Source: Cyanobacteria bacterium P01_D01_bin.156 (lineage in GTDB: Bacteria > Cyanobacteriota > Cyanobacteriia > Phormidesmidales > Phormidesmidaceae). Taken from it: a DNA stretch of 64,000 bases. Within the stretch, counting starts at the first letter, position 1. Each line of letters begins with the position of its first letter. Made by a program: the position numbers and the translations under genes. The notes beneath the pieces are model-generated. The model saw only the letters and a list, made by a program, of their open reading frames with translations. It had not been told where the DNA came from and did not search any database. Shown here piece by piece: positions 39,794-50,152 of this stretch. Location of the stretch: NCBI GenBank assembly GCA_039024555.1, contig JBCCQQ010000003.1, positions 96,001 to 160,000 of the forward strand. The letters run 5' to 3'.

Positions 39794-42139
39794 ATGAGTG
39801 CATTGCCCGGTGGTTCCCTGACCCTTAAACCCGAATATTGTGACAGATTTAGAAAGGAGGCAAAAAGAGAATTTGGCAACGGACGTTATCTTACAGGACT
39901 GCAGGAAGCAGTTAATCAAACGTTAGAACCTCAGGATCAAATAAGTATCTATACAATCACTCGTGCTCTTAATGGCACAGGTATACGTGGATACAATATG
40001 CAGCCAATATGCCAACATTTTGGCGTCAGTTGGCAGGAAGGGTGCATAGAAGGTCATGTAAATTTGAATGGTCATAATGGTTTTAAGGTAGCGACGAAAG
40101 AATTAGAGGGCCTTGTTAATCAAATCCTCGGCAAAGTTCAGTTTGAGTTTTCCTCCAGAACACTGGCGGGCGGTGCACAGACTTCGAGCAGCTGGGTCCA
40201 GGATAACTTTGTTGAGTTAGATTTTTATGAAGTAGACCATCTACCCGCTGACTATCCAGTTTTAGATCCTACAAGGTTGAAGTATCAGGAAAACAATGAC
40301 GATGACGATGAGTTTGTTCGGCAACGAATAAGGTTTCCACGGGCAAAAAGGATTACACTCAGACAGTTGCTTCAGAAACACCGAAGTGTTTTTATCTATG
40401 GAGACCCGGGTTCAGGGAAAACTAGCTGCTTAGAATGGATAGCGCTCAAGTGTCAAGCTAGAGAGTTATTTGAGGGATGCGTTCCCATTTTTCTCGGTTC
40501 TCGTCGGTTTGCTACCGCAAACAAGAGTGAAACTCTGCTTTCTTTGTTTGAAAAAATGTTCATTCAGTGGGGTTTTTTACCAACAGATCTGAATACCCTC
40601 CTTGAAGCAGGGCGGGTGGTGTTTATTTTTGATGGCCTAGATGAGACGCCCGTTGCTGAACGAGAACGGATGGAAATTATGATCAACGAATTGATTCGCG
40701 ATCATCCTAAATGTCACTTTTTTTGTAGCTCTCGCCTAGGATTAGAATACTCTTTCTCAAGCAATTTCCCAAAAGTTTTTGTTGCTCCTTTCAAGAGAAG
40801 CCAAATTGAAGACTTTGTCACATGTTGGTTCTCGCAGCTTAGTAAAGATCCTGGGTTAGGAACTTTAATGATTCAAAAGCTCAAATCTACTACATACAGT
40901 GGGATTAAGGAGCTTTCGACTCGTCCTGTTTTATTAGAGCTGCTATGTTTTGTTTTTGAAGGCATACAGGACTTTCCTCCAAAGCGATTTGAGATTTTCA
41001 GGAATGGCATCCAGCGGATGACCCGTAAGAATATTCAGATAGAGACGGATATTCCTGAACTCTCTGTGCTTCGAGAACAACATATTTATACTATTCTTTG
41101 TTTGGTTGCCAGCTATTTTTTTATTAATCTAAAGGGGCAAATCATCTTTCCCACACTAGCTGTTGAGGGGATTATTAGGAAATACTTCAAAGAGAAGTTG
41201 AACATTGATGGAATTAGTGTTCCTGATCGGAAAATTCTTCAGGCAATTGAGCAGTCCAACGGTCTTTTAACACGCTGGGCGCATGATTTTTGCTCTTTTT
41301 CTCACTTAACCTATCAGGAGTTCTTCACAGCAGAGTATCTTGTTAAAACTAGTCGATATGATGAAGTTTACGAGCATATCAACAATCCTCGCTGGCACTA
41401 TGTCATTGGCCTAGTTGCCGAATGTATTCCCTATGAAAAGACTTTGCCGTTTTTTACTGGTTTCAAAGAGCGTATTGATCAAGAGATTAGTGAGGATAGA
41501 GATATAAGACTCTTTTTGAGAGTATTAGAAGGCGTTACTCAGGCTACTGCTGCTGGGATAAAAAGCAATCGCCCTAACATGACAACTTATATTCGGGCTT
41601 GGTACTTTGTTTATGCACTTCAAGATCCTGGGCAAGTGACCAATGTCGGTTCCGTTAAACGCTATTTTGAGCTACCTGATTTTGATTTTGCAACTAGTAC
41701 TGTCAGTAATAAAAGGCTAGAGTGTCATGGCTTAGTTTATAAGGTCTATCACCGTATGAATAAGGGAACAATGGGGCCAGAGTCATTTTTGAATTCCTTG
41801 GAACAGTTGGTTCGATTATTGACCGGGGATATCAAAAATACTGAAGTTGTTGAAGGTTGGTTGCACCTTATCGGGCGAGAACAGTTAAAGTACCAAGACG
41901 CTGATGCATGGTGGAGCACTAACTATGAGAATTGGCAAAAGCGTATTGTGACGTTTGTAGAAACTTTGAAAATGCCGAGTACGATGCGGCTAACGCTATC
42001 TCATAGGAAAAAACTGCGAGCCTACTATGAGGCTACTAAGCTACTCTCAATATGCATGAATCGTTCGTCACTCAACGATCTACAGCGTCAGGCAATGTCT
42101 GATTCAATGTTGACTATTATTACTAGAGATACAGAATAG
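39794..42139 (+). CDS. NACHT (STAND) NTPase with N-terminal HTH-like domain and C-terminal helical domain
   Basis: Walker A GDPGSGKT, Walker B FIFDGLDE, RPVLLELLC, FSHLTYQEFFTA. N-terminus ISIYTITRALNG...ICQHFGVSW. C-terminus WW...W...LRAYYEATKLLSICMN resembles the NCH2 domain of cyanobacterial NACHTs. Confidence 0.88.
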   Translation: MSALPGGSLTLKPEYCDRFRKEAKREFGNGRYLTGLQEAVNQTLEPQDQISIYTITRALNGTGIRGYNMQPICQHFGVSWQEGCIEGHVNLNGHNGFKVATKELEGLVNQILGKVQFEFSSRTLAGGAQTSSSWVQDNFVELDFYEVDHLPADYPVLDPTRLKYQENNDDDDEFVRQRIRFPRAKRITLRQLLQKHRSVFIYGDPGSGKTSCLEWIALKCQARELFEGCVPIFLGSRRFATANKSETLLSLFEKMFIQWGFLPTDLNTLLEAGRVVFIFDGLDETPVAERERMEIMINELIRDHPKCHFFCSSRLGLEYSFSSNFPKVFVAPFKRSQIEDFVTCWFSQLSKDPGLGTLMIQKLKSTTYSGIKELSTRPVLLELLCFVFEGIQDFPPKRFEIFRNGIQRMTRKNIQIETDIPELSVLREQHIYTILCLVASYFFINLKGQIIFPTLAVEGIIRKYFKEKLNIDGISVPDRKILQAIEQSNGLLTRWAHDFCSFSHLTYQEFFTAEYLVKTSRYDEVYEHINNPRWHYVIGLVAECIPYEKTLPFFTGFKERIDQEISEDRDIRLFLRVLEGVTQATAAGIKSNRPNMTTYIRAWYFVYALQDPGQVTNVGSVKRYFELPDFDFATSTVSNKRLECHGLVYKVYHRMNKGTMGPESFLNSLEQLVRLLTGDIKNTEVVEGWLHLIGREQLKYQDADAWWSTNYENWQKRIVTFVETLKMPSTMRLTLSHRKKLRAYYEATKLLSICMNRSSLNDLQRQAMSDSMLTIITRDTE

Positions 42140-42170
42140 ACAATACTTTCAAAGTTTTCAGCATATATAG

Positions 42171-42221
42171 ATCAATCAATACCTTCTGAATAGTCAAACT
42201 ATTCAGAAGGTATTGATTGAT
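42171..42221. repeat. Perfect 24-bp inverted repeat
   Basis: ATCAATCAATACCTTCTGAATAGT-CAA-ACTATTCAGAAGGTATTGATTGAT. Confidence 0.92.
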
Positions 42222-42316
42222 AAAAGAGGCAAGTAAATCAAAAAAAGCAACGTTTCTTATCCAGGGTTGGCTATCCGCGATAGAGTCTAGAGACTATTTT
42301 TTGTCCCACAATATCT

Positions 42317-43390
42317 ATGACCATCCCTGCCCATAATTCACCCTCGGTAGATCCGGAGGCCCTACTGTTACAATTACGTCGTAAGGAGGGCAACTGGGTT
42401 GATTGGGCAACTGCCTGCCAAACATTACAAAAGTCGGGCATGTCTCCTCAGGCAATCTTTGAAGGTACTGGTTTTGAAGCGATCCAGCAGAACCAGATTA
42501 TTGTGGCGGGTCAGGTATATCAATCTATCACGGGTGGAGTTGTCTCGGACGCCGCCCTGCAGCACTTTACCAGTCGTGGTAGTGATTCTCTATATGAGCT
42601 GCGAATCTTGTCGAAGGATAATCGCGCCCGAGCAGTGCAGTTTATCTACGATCAGGGACTAGATTCTGAGCAAGTACGAGATATTGCCAAAGCACTCAAG
42701 GAATATTCATACCGTAATGAACTACCCACAGGATTTACGGATCACCCAGGAGATGCCGTAGCCTTTTCGTATTGGAATTTGGCACGGCAAAAATCTGATT
42801 TACAAACGAGATCACGTCTGATTGCGCAGGGTCTACGCTTTGCTCATAGTGCCAGCGCCCGGGGAACCATTGAAAAGTTGCTGACGGACTTTACCGTTGT
42901 TAAGACTAAGCCCACACCACGGCTGCCGCTATTTCGTATAGAAACGGATACCGATGTGCCCTGTATGGTCCCTATGGTGGGTGAATGGCCTCTGACTGTT
43001 GAACAAATCCAAGCAGTGCCGACCATGAAACCGGAAGGGGCTTTTGGTGTGGTGCAATCTAAGGGTGACCAAGCTTGGGTACCTCTGCCAGGGTGGCAGG
43101 TGGTGCTCACGGCCAAAGATGCGATCGCATTTTTAGTCCCGTTTAACATCCTGCCTACTCAAACTGAAAGCACATCCACAGAGGCTGTTTTAGTGATCGT
43201 AGACCGCCAGCAGCGAACCTGGGACGACAGCAGCTACTTTCTCGTGGCTGACGATAGCGGACAGCTCGCTATGCAGTGGTTTGATAATGAGCCTAGTGCT
43301 GATTTACGAGGTCGAGTCATTGTAATTGTAAGACCCAAAAAGGTTTTGGACGAAAGCTACACCCAAGAGCTCTGGCAAATTGACGAATAA
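42317..43390 (+). CDS. raf1: RuBisCO accumulation factor 1
   Basis: LRRKEGNWVDW, IFEGTGFEAIQQNQIIVA, LYELRIL, HPGDAVA, LPGWQ, VRPKK, terminal WQIDE. Confidence 0.92.
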   Translation: MTIPAHNSPSVDPEALLLQLRRKEGNWVDWATACQTLQKSGMSPQAIFEGTGFEAIQQNQIIVAGQVYQSITGGVVSDAALQHFTSRGSDSLYELRILSKDNRARAVQFIYDQGLDSEQVRDIAKALKEYSYRNELPTGFTDHPGDAVAFSYWNLARQKSDLQTRSRLIAQGLRFAHSASARGTIEKLLTDFTVVKTKPTPRLPLFRIETDTDVPCMVPMVGEWPLTVEQIQAVPTMKPEGAFGVVQSKGDQAWVPLPGWQVVLTAKDAIAFLVPFNILPTQTESTSTEAVLVIVDRQQRTWDDSSYFLVADDSGQLAMQWFDNEPSADLRGRVIVIVRPKKVLDESYTQELWQIDE

Positions 43391-43558
43391 GTCAGCAAGG
43401 TATTCAAATGGGCTTAAATGCCTGAAGGATTGCCCTATCGAATCCTGGAAAACCAGATTCAAATCCTCCAGGATTGGAGATCAGCGACTCAATTCAAATT
43501 GTCGATTTTTTATCTCATCAAAGATTAGATTGAATCTGCCTAAATTGGAGAAAAAACC

Positions 43559-43801
43559 ATGGCCCTAGAACGCCGTCTATCCCGTGCCATGTTTGAAGCG
43601 ACTGAACTTGTGGAGCTCAGACAAATATGTTTTACTCCAGGCCGTGTCTTTGAACCCGGCAAGTACATCACCGGAGACTTGCCCGATGTAGCTTTTACCA
43701 TGGGTCTGGTGGAAAAGCTGCCCCCGGTACGGGGCAAGAGCGAAGAGATTAGTTATCCTGACGACAAAGCTAATGCGGGTGATGATGCTCACCAAGCATA
43801 A
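43559..43801 (+). CDS. Hypothetical protein
   Basis: GGAG SD; 80-aa ORF directly upstream of recR. Confidence 0.6.
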   Translation: MALERRLSRAMFEATELVELRQICFTPGRVFEPGKYITGDLPDVAFTMGLVEKLPPVRGKSEEISYPDDKANAGDDAHQA

Positions 43802-43863
43802 ACATAATTTCACCAGTGCTGAGAGGATACGTAGGGTTCACCCGCACAGAAGGAGTTAGATCG

Positions 43864-44457
43864 ATCTATACCCGTCCGTTAGCCAAACTAATCGAAGAAT
43901 TTCAACGTTTACCTGGCGTAGGGCCTAAAACAGCCCAGCGTTTAGCGTTGCACATCCTCAATCGCCCAGAAACAGAGGTACGTGCCCTGGCCCAGGCACT
44001 AGTCGATGCCAAACAGCAGGTGGGACAATGCTCTATCTGTTTTCACCTATCTGCTGACCCCGTGTGCGATATTTGTCGCTCTACCCGACGGGACAACCAA
44101 ACGCTCTGTGTCGTTGCAGATTCCCGTGATGTGATTGCTATCGAACGCACTCGTGAATTTAAAGGCAAATACCATGTCTTGGGGGGATTGATTTCGCCCA
44201 TGGATGGGATTGGTCCAGAGCAACTCAATATTGGTCAGCTAGTGCATCGCGTCAATAAAGATGACATCGCTGAAGTCATTCTTGCCATCAGCCCCAGCAT
44301 AGAGGGCGACACGACCACCCTCTATGTGGGGCAACTGCTAAAACCCTTTACCAAAGTTACTCGTATCGCCTTTGGGTTACCTATGGGGGGAGATCTAGAA
44401 TATGCCGATGAAGTCACCCTAGCCAGAGCACTGGAAGGACGACAAGCACTAAGCTGA
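43864..44457 (+). CDS. recR: Recombination mediator RecR (probable ATC start)
   Basis: [14 protein letters not shown]4 zinc finger, [34 protein letters not shown] 8 nt before ATC. Confidence 0.93.
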   Translation: MYTRPLAKLIEEFQRLPGVGPKTAQRLALHILNRPETEVRALAQALVDAKQQVGQCSICFHLSADPVCDICRSTRRDNQTLCVVADSRDVIAIERTREFKGKYHVLGGLISPMDGIGPEQLNIGQLVHRVNKDDIAEVILAISPSIEGDTTTLYVGQLLKPFTKVTRIAFGLPMGGDLEYADEVTLARALEGRQALS

Positions 44458-44460
44458 AAC

Positions 44461-44492
44461 AATTCTGAATTCGGAGGTCCGAATTCAGAATT
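44461..44492. terminator. Hairpin between convergent recR and response regulator genes
   Basis: AATTCTGAATTCGG-AGGT-CCGAATTCAGAATT. Confidence 0.7.
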
Positions 44493-44502
44493 TCGACTTC
44501 TA

Positions 44503-45060
44503 TTACTTCAGCTTTTGCTTGATAAAGGCCAAAATCTTCGCCGTCTGATTTTTGAGCATGGCAACTTCTTTCTGCAGTGCTGCTACCTGTTGCTTCAAAG
44601 CGGCAATTTCTGCTGCACTTTCTTCACTGGCCGCACTTTGAGCGGCAGCCGCTGGAGCTGCACTAGTTTTAGGCCGGACCTTCCGAGCTTTCACCATGGA
44701 AGCCTTAATGGCCTCGATCAATTCTTTTTGCTCAAATGGCTTTTGAATAAACTCAAAATAGTCGAAGGGGCCGGGAATTTTTTCGGTAACTTCCTCTCGC
44801 CGGCCAGACATGAGAACGAGGGGAATTTTCTGTAATTCTGGGGAAGCTTGAATTTCCTGAAAGACCTCCCATCCGCTCATCCGAGGCAGCAAGAAATCCA
44901 ACATGATGAGATTAGGCTTTTGGTTGCGAATAGCATCTAATCCTTCAACGCCGTCGGTGGCTTCTATCACCTCAAAATTACCCTGGGGTAACATATCCCG
45001 TACGCGCATGCGGATGACCCGGCTATCGTCGATAACTAAAATCTTATGACTTGCTGCCAC
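44503..45060 (-). CDS. Response regulator (receiver domain + C-terminal coiled coil)
   Basis: ILVIDD, IMLDFLLP, IQKPF. Confidence 0.9.
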   Translation of the reverse strand: MAASHKILVIDDSRVIRMRVRDMLPQGNFEVIEATDGVEGLDAIRNQKPNLIMLDFLLPRMSGWEVFQEIQASPELQKIPLVLMSGRREEVTEKIPGPFDYFEFIQKPFEQKELIEAIKASMVKARKVRPKTSAAPAAAAQSAASEESAAEIAALKQQVAALQKEVAMLKNQTAKILAFIKQKLK

Positions 45061-45368
45061 GGCTAACTCCTACTAGATAGTTACAGTTTGTATAAGGTGA
45101 GCAATGCTGATGCTGTTTGCCATTCCATAAAGCAACAGTTGTTAATCCACTTAGGTCAGCACCCTGTCAATCAATTCTGCCCAGGTTGGTAATGGTGATA
45201 AGTCTATCCCTGATTAGTTTTTAGAATCATAAAGGATAAAAAAGCGTTAAAACACTCTAATACGGCTCCCATCTTATTAAGGTCATGTATTTGCGTACAG
45301 GATACCCGGTCCACAGCGATTTGCTGAATCACCGCAACGCTATATTTTAGAAAAGCTGATTTAAACCC

Positions 45369-46283
45369 ATGGAAAGTTTATCTAACATACCTTCCAGCAA
45401 CGCTGCTAGACCTGAAATTGTGCAGCAGCTACCCGCTTGGTTACGACGTCCCATAGGTCGCGCCAGTGAGCTTTCAACTGTACAAAAAATTATTAAACAG
45501 CGACAGATTCATACGATTTGTGAGGAGGGGCGCTGCCCCAATCGCAGTGAGTGCTACGCCCAGAAAACCGCATCCTTTCTCTTAATGGGACCTACCTGCA
45601 CTCGTGCCTGCTCCTTTTGCCAAGTGGATAAGGGCCATGCCCCGATGCCGTTAGACCCAGACGAGCCTCAAAAAGTAGCAGAGTCGGTGCAACTGCTGGG
45701 ATTAAGGTACGTGGTTCTCACCTCGGTAGCCAGGGATGATTTACCTGATCAAGGAGCGGGTTGGTTTGTAGCCACCATGAACGCCATTCGTGCGGCTATG
45801 CCAGAAACTCAGATCGAACTGCTCACACCGGATTTCTGGGGCGGCGCAGCACCAGAGCAGTTCCAACAGCAGCGGATAGCAACTATCGTTGCCGCTAAGC
45901 CCGCTTGCTTTAATCACAATGTGGAAACGGTAGAACGCTTACAAGGCCCCGTCCGTCGTGGGGCAAAGTATTGGCGCTCTTTGGACGTGTTGCGCTACGT
46001 CAAGGAGTTGGATAGCTCAATTCCAACGAAATCGGGGCTAATGCTGGGTCATGGTGAAACGGAAGAAGAATTGATAACAACGATGCAAGATCTACGATCA
46101 GTGGGTTGCGATCGCATCACCCTAGGCCAATACATGCGACCCTCTTTAGAGCATTTACCCGTACAGCGCTACTGGACACCCGACGAATTTGAGCGATTCG
46201 GGGAAATCGCCCGTGATTTAGGGTTTTCTCAAGTCAGGTCAGGGCCTCTAGTACGCAGTTCATACCACGCAGGAGAGGAGTGA
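45369..46283 (+). CDS. lipA: Lipoyl synthase
   Basis: [32 protein letters not shown]. Confidence 0.95.
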   Translation: MESLSNIPSSNAARPEIVQQLPAWLRRPIGRASELSTVQKIIKQRQIHTICEEGRCPNRSECYAQKTASFLLMGPTCTRACSFCQVDKGHAPMPLDPDEPQKVAESVQLLGLRYVVLTSVARDDLPDQGAGWFVATMNAIRAAMPETQIELLTPDFWGGAAPEQFQQQRIATIVAAKPACFNHNVETVERLQGPVRRGAKYWRSLDVLRYVKELDSSIPTKSGLMLGHGETEEELITTMQDLRSVGCDRITLGQYMRPSLEHLPVQRYWTPDEFERFGEIARDLGFSQVRSGPLVRSSYHAGEE

Positions 46284-46338
46284 AGGTAGAAGGTCCGAAG
46301 TCTGCATCCTTTGCGTTGACCACTAACACCCCTCGCCC

Positions 46339-46854
46339 CTAACCATCCATATCTATCACCCGGTTTGCTAAATCCCGCCATTCCTGCACTGCATAGGGCG
46401 GTACGATGATTTCGCTCGGAGCTTTACCCTGGAGTGGCACGGAGAGTGTTAGAGGAATAGCCTTCTGCAGAGCCGCGATGACCGTAGCCACATCGTACTG
46501 ATTGGTGTTGCTCGGTAGGACTGGTGTTGGTGGGTCTAGTTTGGGGCTAGCCTGCCAATTTAGGGCTGTGCCTGTTTTAACGGTCAAAGGCTTTTGCGGA
46601 TCGATTTCCACCACACCTGGAAACCCGACAATCCGCAGATACATGCCTTCTAAACCATCGGGCCGATAGCGCTTAAACAGAATTGTCTGCCAGGAACGGT
46701 CGTTGCGATCGCGTAAGCTTTGCTGCGATCGCACAGTGGTTTGTCCAGGCCGCTCATGATAAACATGGACCGACGCTAGGGCTGGCTGACTCCAAGCGAG
46801 ACTAACCATCAATATCAAGAGACAAAGCAAAGCGCTCACTTGCCGATGAATCAT
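46339..46854 (-). CDS. DUF3122-like exported protein
   Basis: Signal peptide; RSQQSLRD...WQTILFKR...LRIVGFPG. Confidence 0.7.
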   Translation of the reverse strand: MIHRQVSALLCLLILMVSLAWSQPALASVHVYHERPGQTTVRSQQSLRDRNDRSWQTILFKRYRPDGLEGMYLRIVGFPGVVEIDPQKPLTVKTGTALNWQASPKLDPPTPVLPSNTNQYDVATVIAALQKAIPLTLSVPLQGKAPSEIIVPPYAVQEWRDLANRVIDMDG

Positions 46855-46968
46855 AGGAATATTCGTCTTTGCAATGTCTTACTTTATAGCGATCTCCTGC
46901 CGTGCACCAACCTGCACAATTTGCCATTGCAAGGTAAGAGACAACTATTGTTCAACTGTTATTTTGCT

Positions 46969-48588
46969 TTAGAGTTGGCTCAACGCATCTAAAACAATGC
47001 GATAGCGTTCGGCTTCATTATTCGCTAAGTACAGACTGCCTGCTTTCTCTAAATCTGCTTGGGCACTCACTGTATTCCCCAGCTGAGCACTGGTAATACC
47101 CCGATAATAAAATGCATCAGGAGTAAATACATCGGTCGTTAATACCTGAGAAAAGTCAGCATAAGCCGCCTGATATTCACCTGCTTCATAGTAAGTCCGG
47201 CCACGCTCACTGTAAGCATCCCAATAGGTTGGGTCTAACTCAATAGCTGTTGTGTAATCACCGATAGCACTCACACTATCCCCCAAACTCGCAAAGGTAT
47301 CGCCACGTCCCTTATAAGAGGGTGCATGATCTGGCCGTAGGGTAAGAGCAGTTGAAAAATCATTCAGGGCCGTCTGCTCGTCCCCAATCAGCAAGTGGAC
47401 ACTGCCCCGACGATAGTAAGCTTCAGCAGATTCTGGAGACAGCTGGAGCAGACGGTTAAAATCGCTAATGGCAGCAGTCGAATTTCCGGATGCTGCATAG
47501 ATCTGGCCACGAATTAGATAAGCATCGGCATAACTAGGGTCTAGGGTCAGCACTTGATTGAGATCCGCTAATGCTGCCCGAGGACGGTTTGCTGCCGCCA
47601 GAGCAAAACTGCGATTGTAGTAAGCTTCGACGTTACTTTCATCTAGACGAATAGCAGTATTAAAGTCTTTGAGCGCGGCTTCTAAAGCTTCAAGCTCATA
47701 GTGAGAGACTCCACGGTTGACATAGGCCGCCACATAATCGTCATTAAGATCGATAGCCTGAGAAAAATCAACAATAGCCGCCTCAAAATTATCTAAGGCC
47801 TTGAAAATTAACCCGCGATGAAAATAAGCAAAGGCATTGTCAGGCGCTAGACGCACAGCTTCGTTTAAATCTTCAAGGGCAATCTCTTGATTATTACGTT
47901 CAGAATCTAGCAGGCCACGATAGATATAGGCAGTGGCCAAACTAGGATCAACGGCAATGGCACGATCAAAGTCAACATAGGCTCGATCAGTATTCTGCAG
48001 CTCATAGTAGAGAATGCCACGATTTAGATAGGCAGCACCGTAGTTGAAATCAATCGCAATTGCCTGGTTATAGCTATTTAAAGCAGCTGTTGTATCCTCT
48101 AGGCGGGCAAAAGCAGCACCACGAAAGAGATAGGCCGGTGCATAGTTGGGGTTGATGCTGATAGCCGCATTGAATTCTGTAATTGCCGCTTGATTATCAC
48201 CCGCTTGATACAAGTCAACACCGGCCCGAAAACGCTCAATATAGTTGGGGGTCTCAACAACTTCTTCGTCAGCAGTGACCGATTCCTCTAGAGCATCATC
48301 AGTAGTATCTGTAGCCGCATCCTCATCGTCTAGGAGAATGCCTTCTTCTTCTAACAGATCCTCTGGAAAAACAGGTTCTGGTTCTATAAATGTTGGTTGA
48401 GCTGCAGGTGCATCCTCTGCAGGAACAGCTTCCAATTCACCCGACCCATCTAAAAAAATCGCCTCTGTTTCAAAATCCTCAGGTGCAGTGGTACTGACCA
48501 CATCCGCCATACTAGCAGGGGCATTGCTACCCAGGAATGCCATAGTGCCCAGTAGTATCAAAGCAAAACGATTGGTGTTCATTCGCAT
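46969..48588 (-). CDS. Exported TPR protein with acidic N-terminal region
   Basis: Signal peptide; many AY..RG...A..DF..AI..P TPR units. Confidence 0.88.
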   Translation of the reverse strand: MRMNTNRFALILLGTMAFLGSNAPASMADVVSTTAPEDFETEAIFLDGSGELEAVPAEDAPAAQPTFIEPEPVFPEDLLEEEGILLDDEDAATDTTDDALEESVTADEEVVETPNYIERFRAGVDLYQAGDNQAAITEFNAAISINPNYAPAYLFRGAAFARLEDTTAALNSYNQAIAIDFNYGAAYLNRGILYYELQNTDRAYVDFDRAIAVDPSLATAYIYRGLLDSERNNQEIALEDLNEAVRLAPDNAFAYFHRGLIFKALDNFEAAIVDFSQAIDLNDDYVAAYVNRGVSHYELEALEAALKDFNTAIRLDESNVEAYYNRSFALAAANRPRAALADLNQVLTLDPSYADAYLIRGQIYAASGNSTAAISDFNRLLQLSPESAEAYYRRGSVHLLIGDEQTALNDFSTALTLRPDHAPSYKGRGDTFASLGDSVSAIGDYTTAIELDPTYWDAYSERGRTYYEAGEYQAAYADFSQVLTTDVFTPDAFYYRGITSAQLGNTVSAQADLEKAGSLYLANNEAERYRIVLDALSQL

Positions 48589-48783
48589 TTTCCCCGTGTT
48601 TTGGCCCCGTATTTTGATGGGTTTCTTAAAAATCTACCCAGAGTTATCCCGAGAGTTGCCATTAAGTCAAATTCTCTTGTTTTAGAACTAGGCTCCCTCA
48701 GATTATTGTTCGCCAGTCAAAACCATAGAGTTATAGTCTTTGAAGAGGTATATGGCTTAAAACAAGGCAATTGTAAGGGGAAC

Positions 48784-50109
48784 ATGGCCAGTACAACAGA
48801 AATCAAGCAACATTGGCAGCTGAGTTTTGGCCGACTGGCGATCGCAAATATTATTTCCAACCTGATGGTACCGCTGGCTGGACTGATTGACACTGCATTT
48901 CTGGGTCACTTAGCCGACATTCATCATTTAGCTGGCGTAGCTCTGGCCACGGTATTGTTCAACTGTATCTATTGGAGTTGTGGTTTCTTGCGAATGGGCA
49001 CCACAGGTCTGATGGCCCAGGCAGCCGGACGGAACAACTCCACTGAACAATGGCAAGTGGGGCTGCGGGCACTGCTGGTGGCCTTTGTCCTAGGCATCGT
49101 CATTTTGATAGCGCAATATCCTTTGAGGGTAGCTGGGTTTGCCATTTTACAGGCCGATGCAGATGTACTCGATGCAGGAACTGCGTTCTATCAAGGGCGT
49201 ATCTTAGGAGCTCCAGCGGTGTTGATGAACTACGGGCTGCTGGGATGGTTTTTAGGTTTGGGCCGAGGCCGATGGGTCATGGCTTTGGCAGTCATTGGTA
49301 ATGGCACCAATATTCTGCTCGACTATTTGATGATTGTCCGATGGGGCTGGGAAAGCTATGGAGCCGGTTTAGCAACAGCCTTAAGCCAATACACCATGCT
49401 ATCGGTCGGTGCGGTACTGCTATGGCGCATGGTGCCCTGGAAACAGGTATGGCAGCAATGGCACAGCCTCTTTAATCGGGGAGCTCTAGCCACATTATTC
49501 CGCCTCAATCGCAATCTCATGATGCGCACCTGGGCGCTGTTGATTAGTTTTGGGTTGTTTACGACCCTCAGTGGCATCATGGGCACTGAGATTCTGTCAG
49601 TCAACACGCTACTACTACAGTCGTTGATGCTGGTGAGCTACTTTCTTGACGGCATTGCCTTTGCCACAGAGAGCTATGCAGGAAAATTTTATGGTCAAGG
49701 ACAAACGAGTCAACTACGAACTCTGGTGATATTGGGCAGTGGCTTTAGCATCAGTTTAGGACTAAGTATTGCGATCGCATTTATTGCCCTTCCAGACCAA
49801 CTATTTGGCCTGCTTACTGACCACCAAACAATTTTGAACCAGCTACACCACTACGTTTTCTGGTTACTCCCTCTCTTCGGGTTTGGAGCCATCTCCTTTA
49901 TGCTAGATGGCTACTTTCTTGGACTCAGTGCCGGTCATATCCTGCGCAATTCCACCATCTTCGCCACAGGATTAGGTTTTTTACCACTAGCACTGATGGC
50001 TTACCTATTCCAACAGCCAAATTTGCTCTGGCTGGCCATGACCTGTTTTATGTTTACCCGAGCTCTAACCCTGGCTTGTGCAGTCCCGGCTAGCCTGACA
50101 CAACAATAG
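48784..50109 (+). CDS. MATE family efflux transporter (DinF-like)
   Basis: SNLMVPLAGLIDTAFLGH, FLRMGTTG, DGIAFATE; about 12 TM helices; ATG 48784 preferred. Confidence 0.88.
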   Translation: MASTTEIKQHWQLSFGRLAIANIISNLMVPLAGLIDTAFLGHLADIHHLAGVALATVLFNCIYWSCGFLRMGTTGLMAQAAGRNNSTEQWQVGLRALLVAFVLGIVILIAQYPLRVAGFAILQADADVLDAGTAFYQGRILGAPAVLMNYGLLGWFLGLGRGRWVMALAVIGNGTNILLDYLMIVRWGWESYGAGLATALSQYTMLSVGAVLLWRMVPWKQVWQQWHSLFNRGALATLFRLNRNLMMRTWALLISFGLFTTLSGIMGTEILSVNTLLLQSLMLVSYFLDGIAFATESYAGKFYGQGQTSQLRTLVILGSGFSISLGLSIAIAFIALPDQLFGLLTDHQTILNQLHHYVFWLLPLFGFGAISFMLDGYFLGLSAGHILRNSTIFATGLGFLPLALMAYLFQQPNLLWLAMTCFMFTRALTLACAVPASLTQQ

Positions 50110-50152
50110 CCAGCCCAGGGCAAAACACATCGTGCTACACAGTTGGTATGCA

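Noticed and set aside
35969..42300. tRNA-Ala as integration (att) site of the accessory block
   Set aside because: The block lies 5' of the tRNA, I found no duplicated tRNA 3' end, and no integrase or transposase is present
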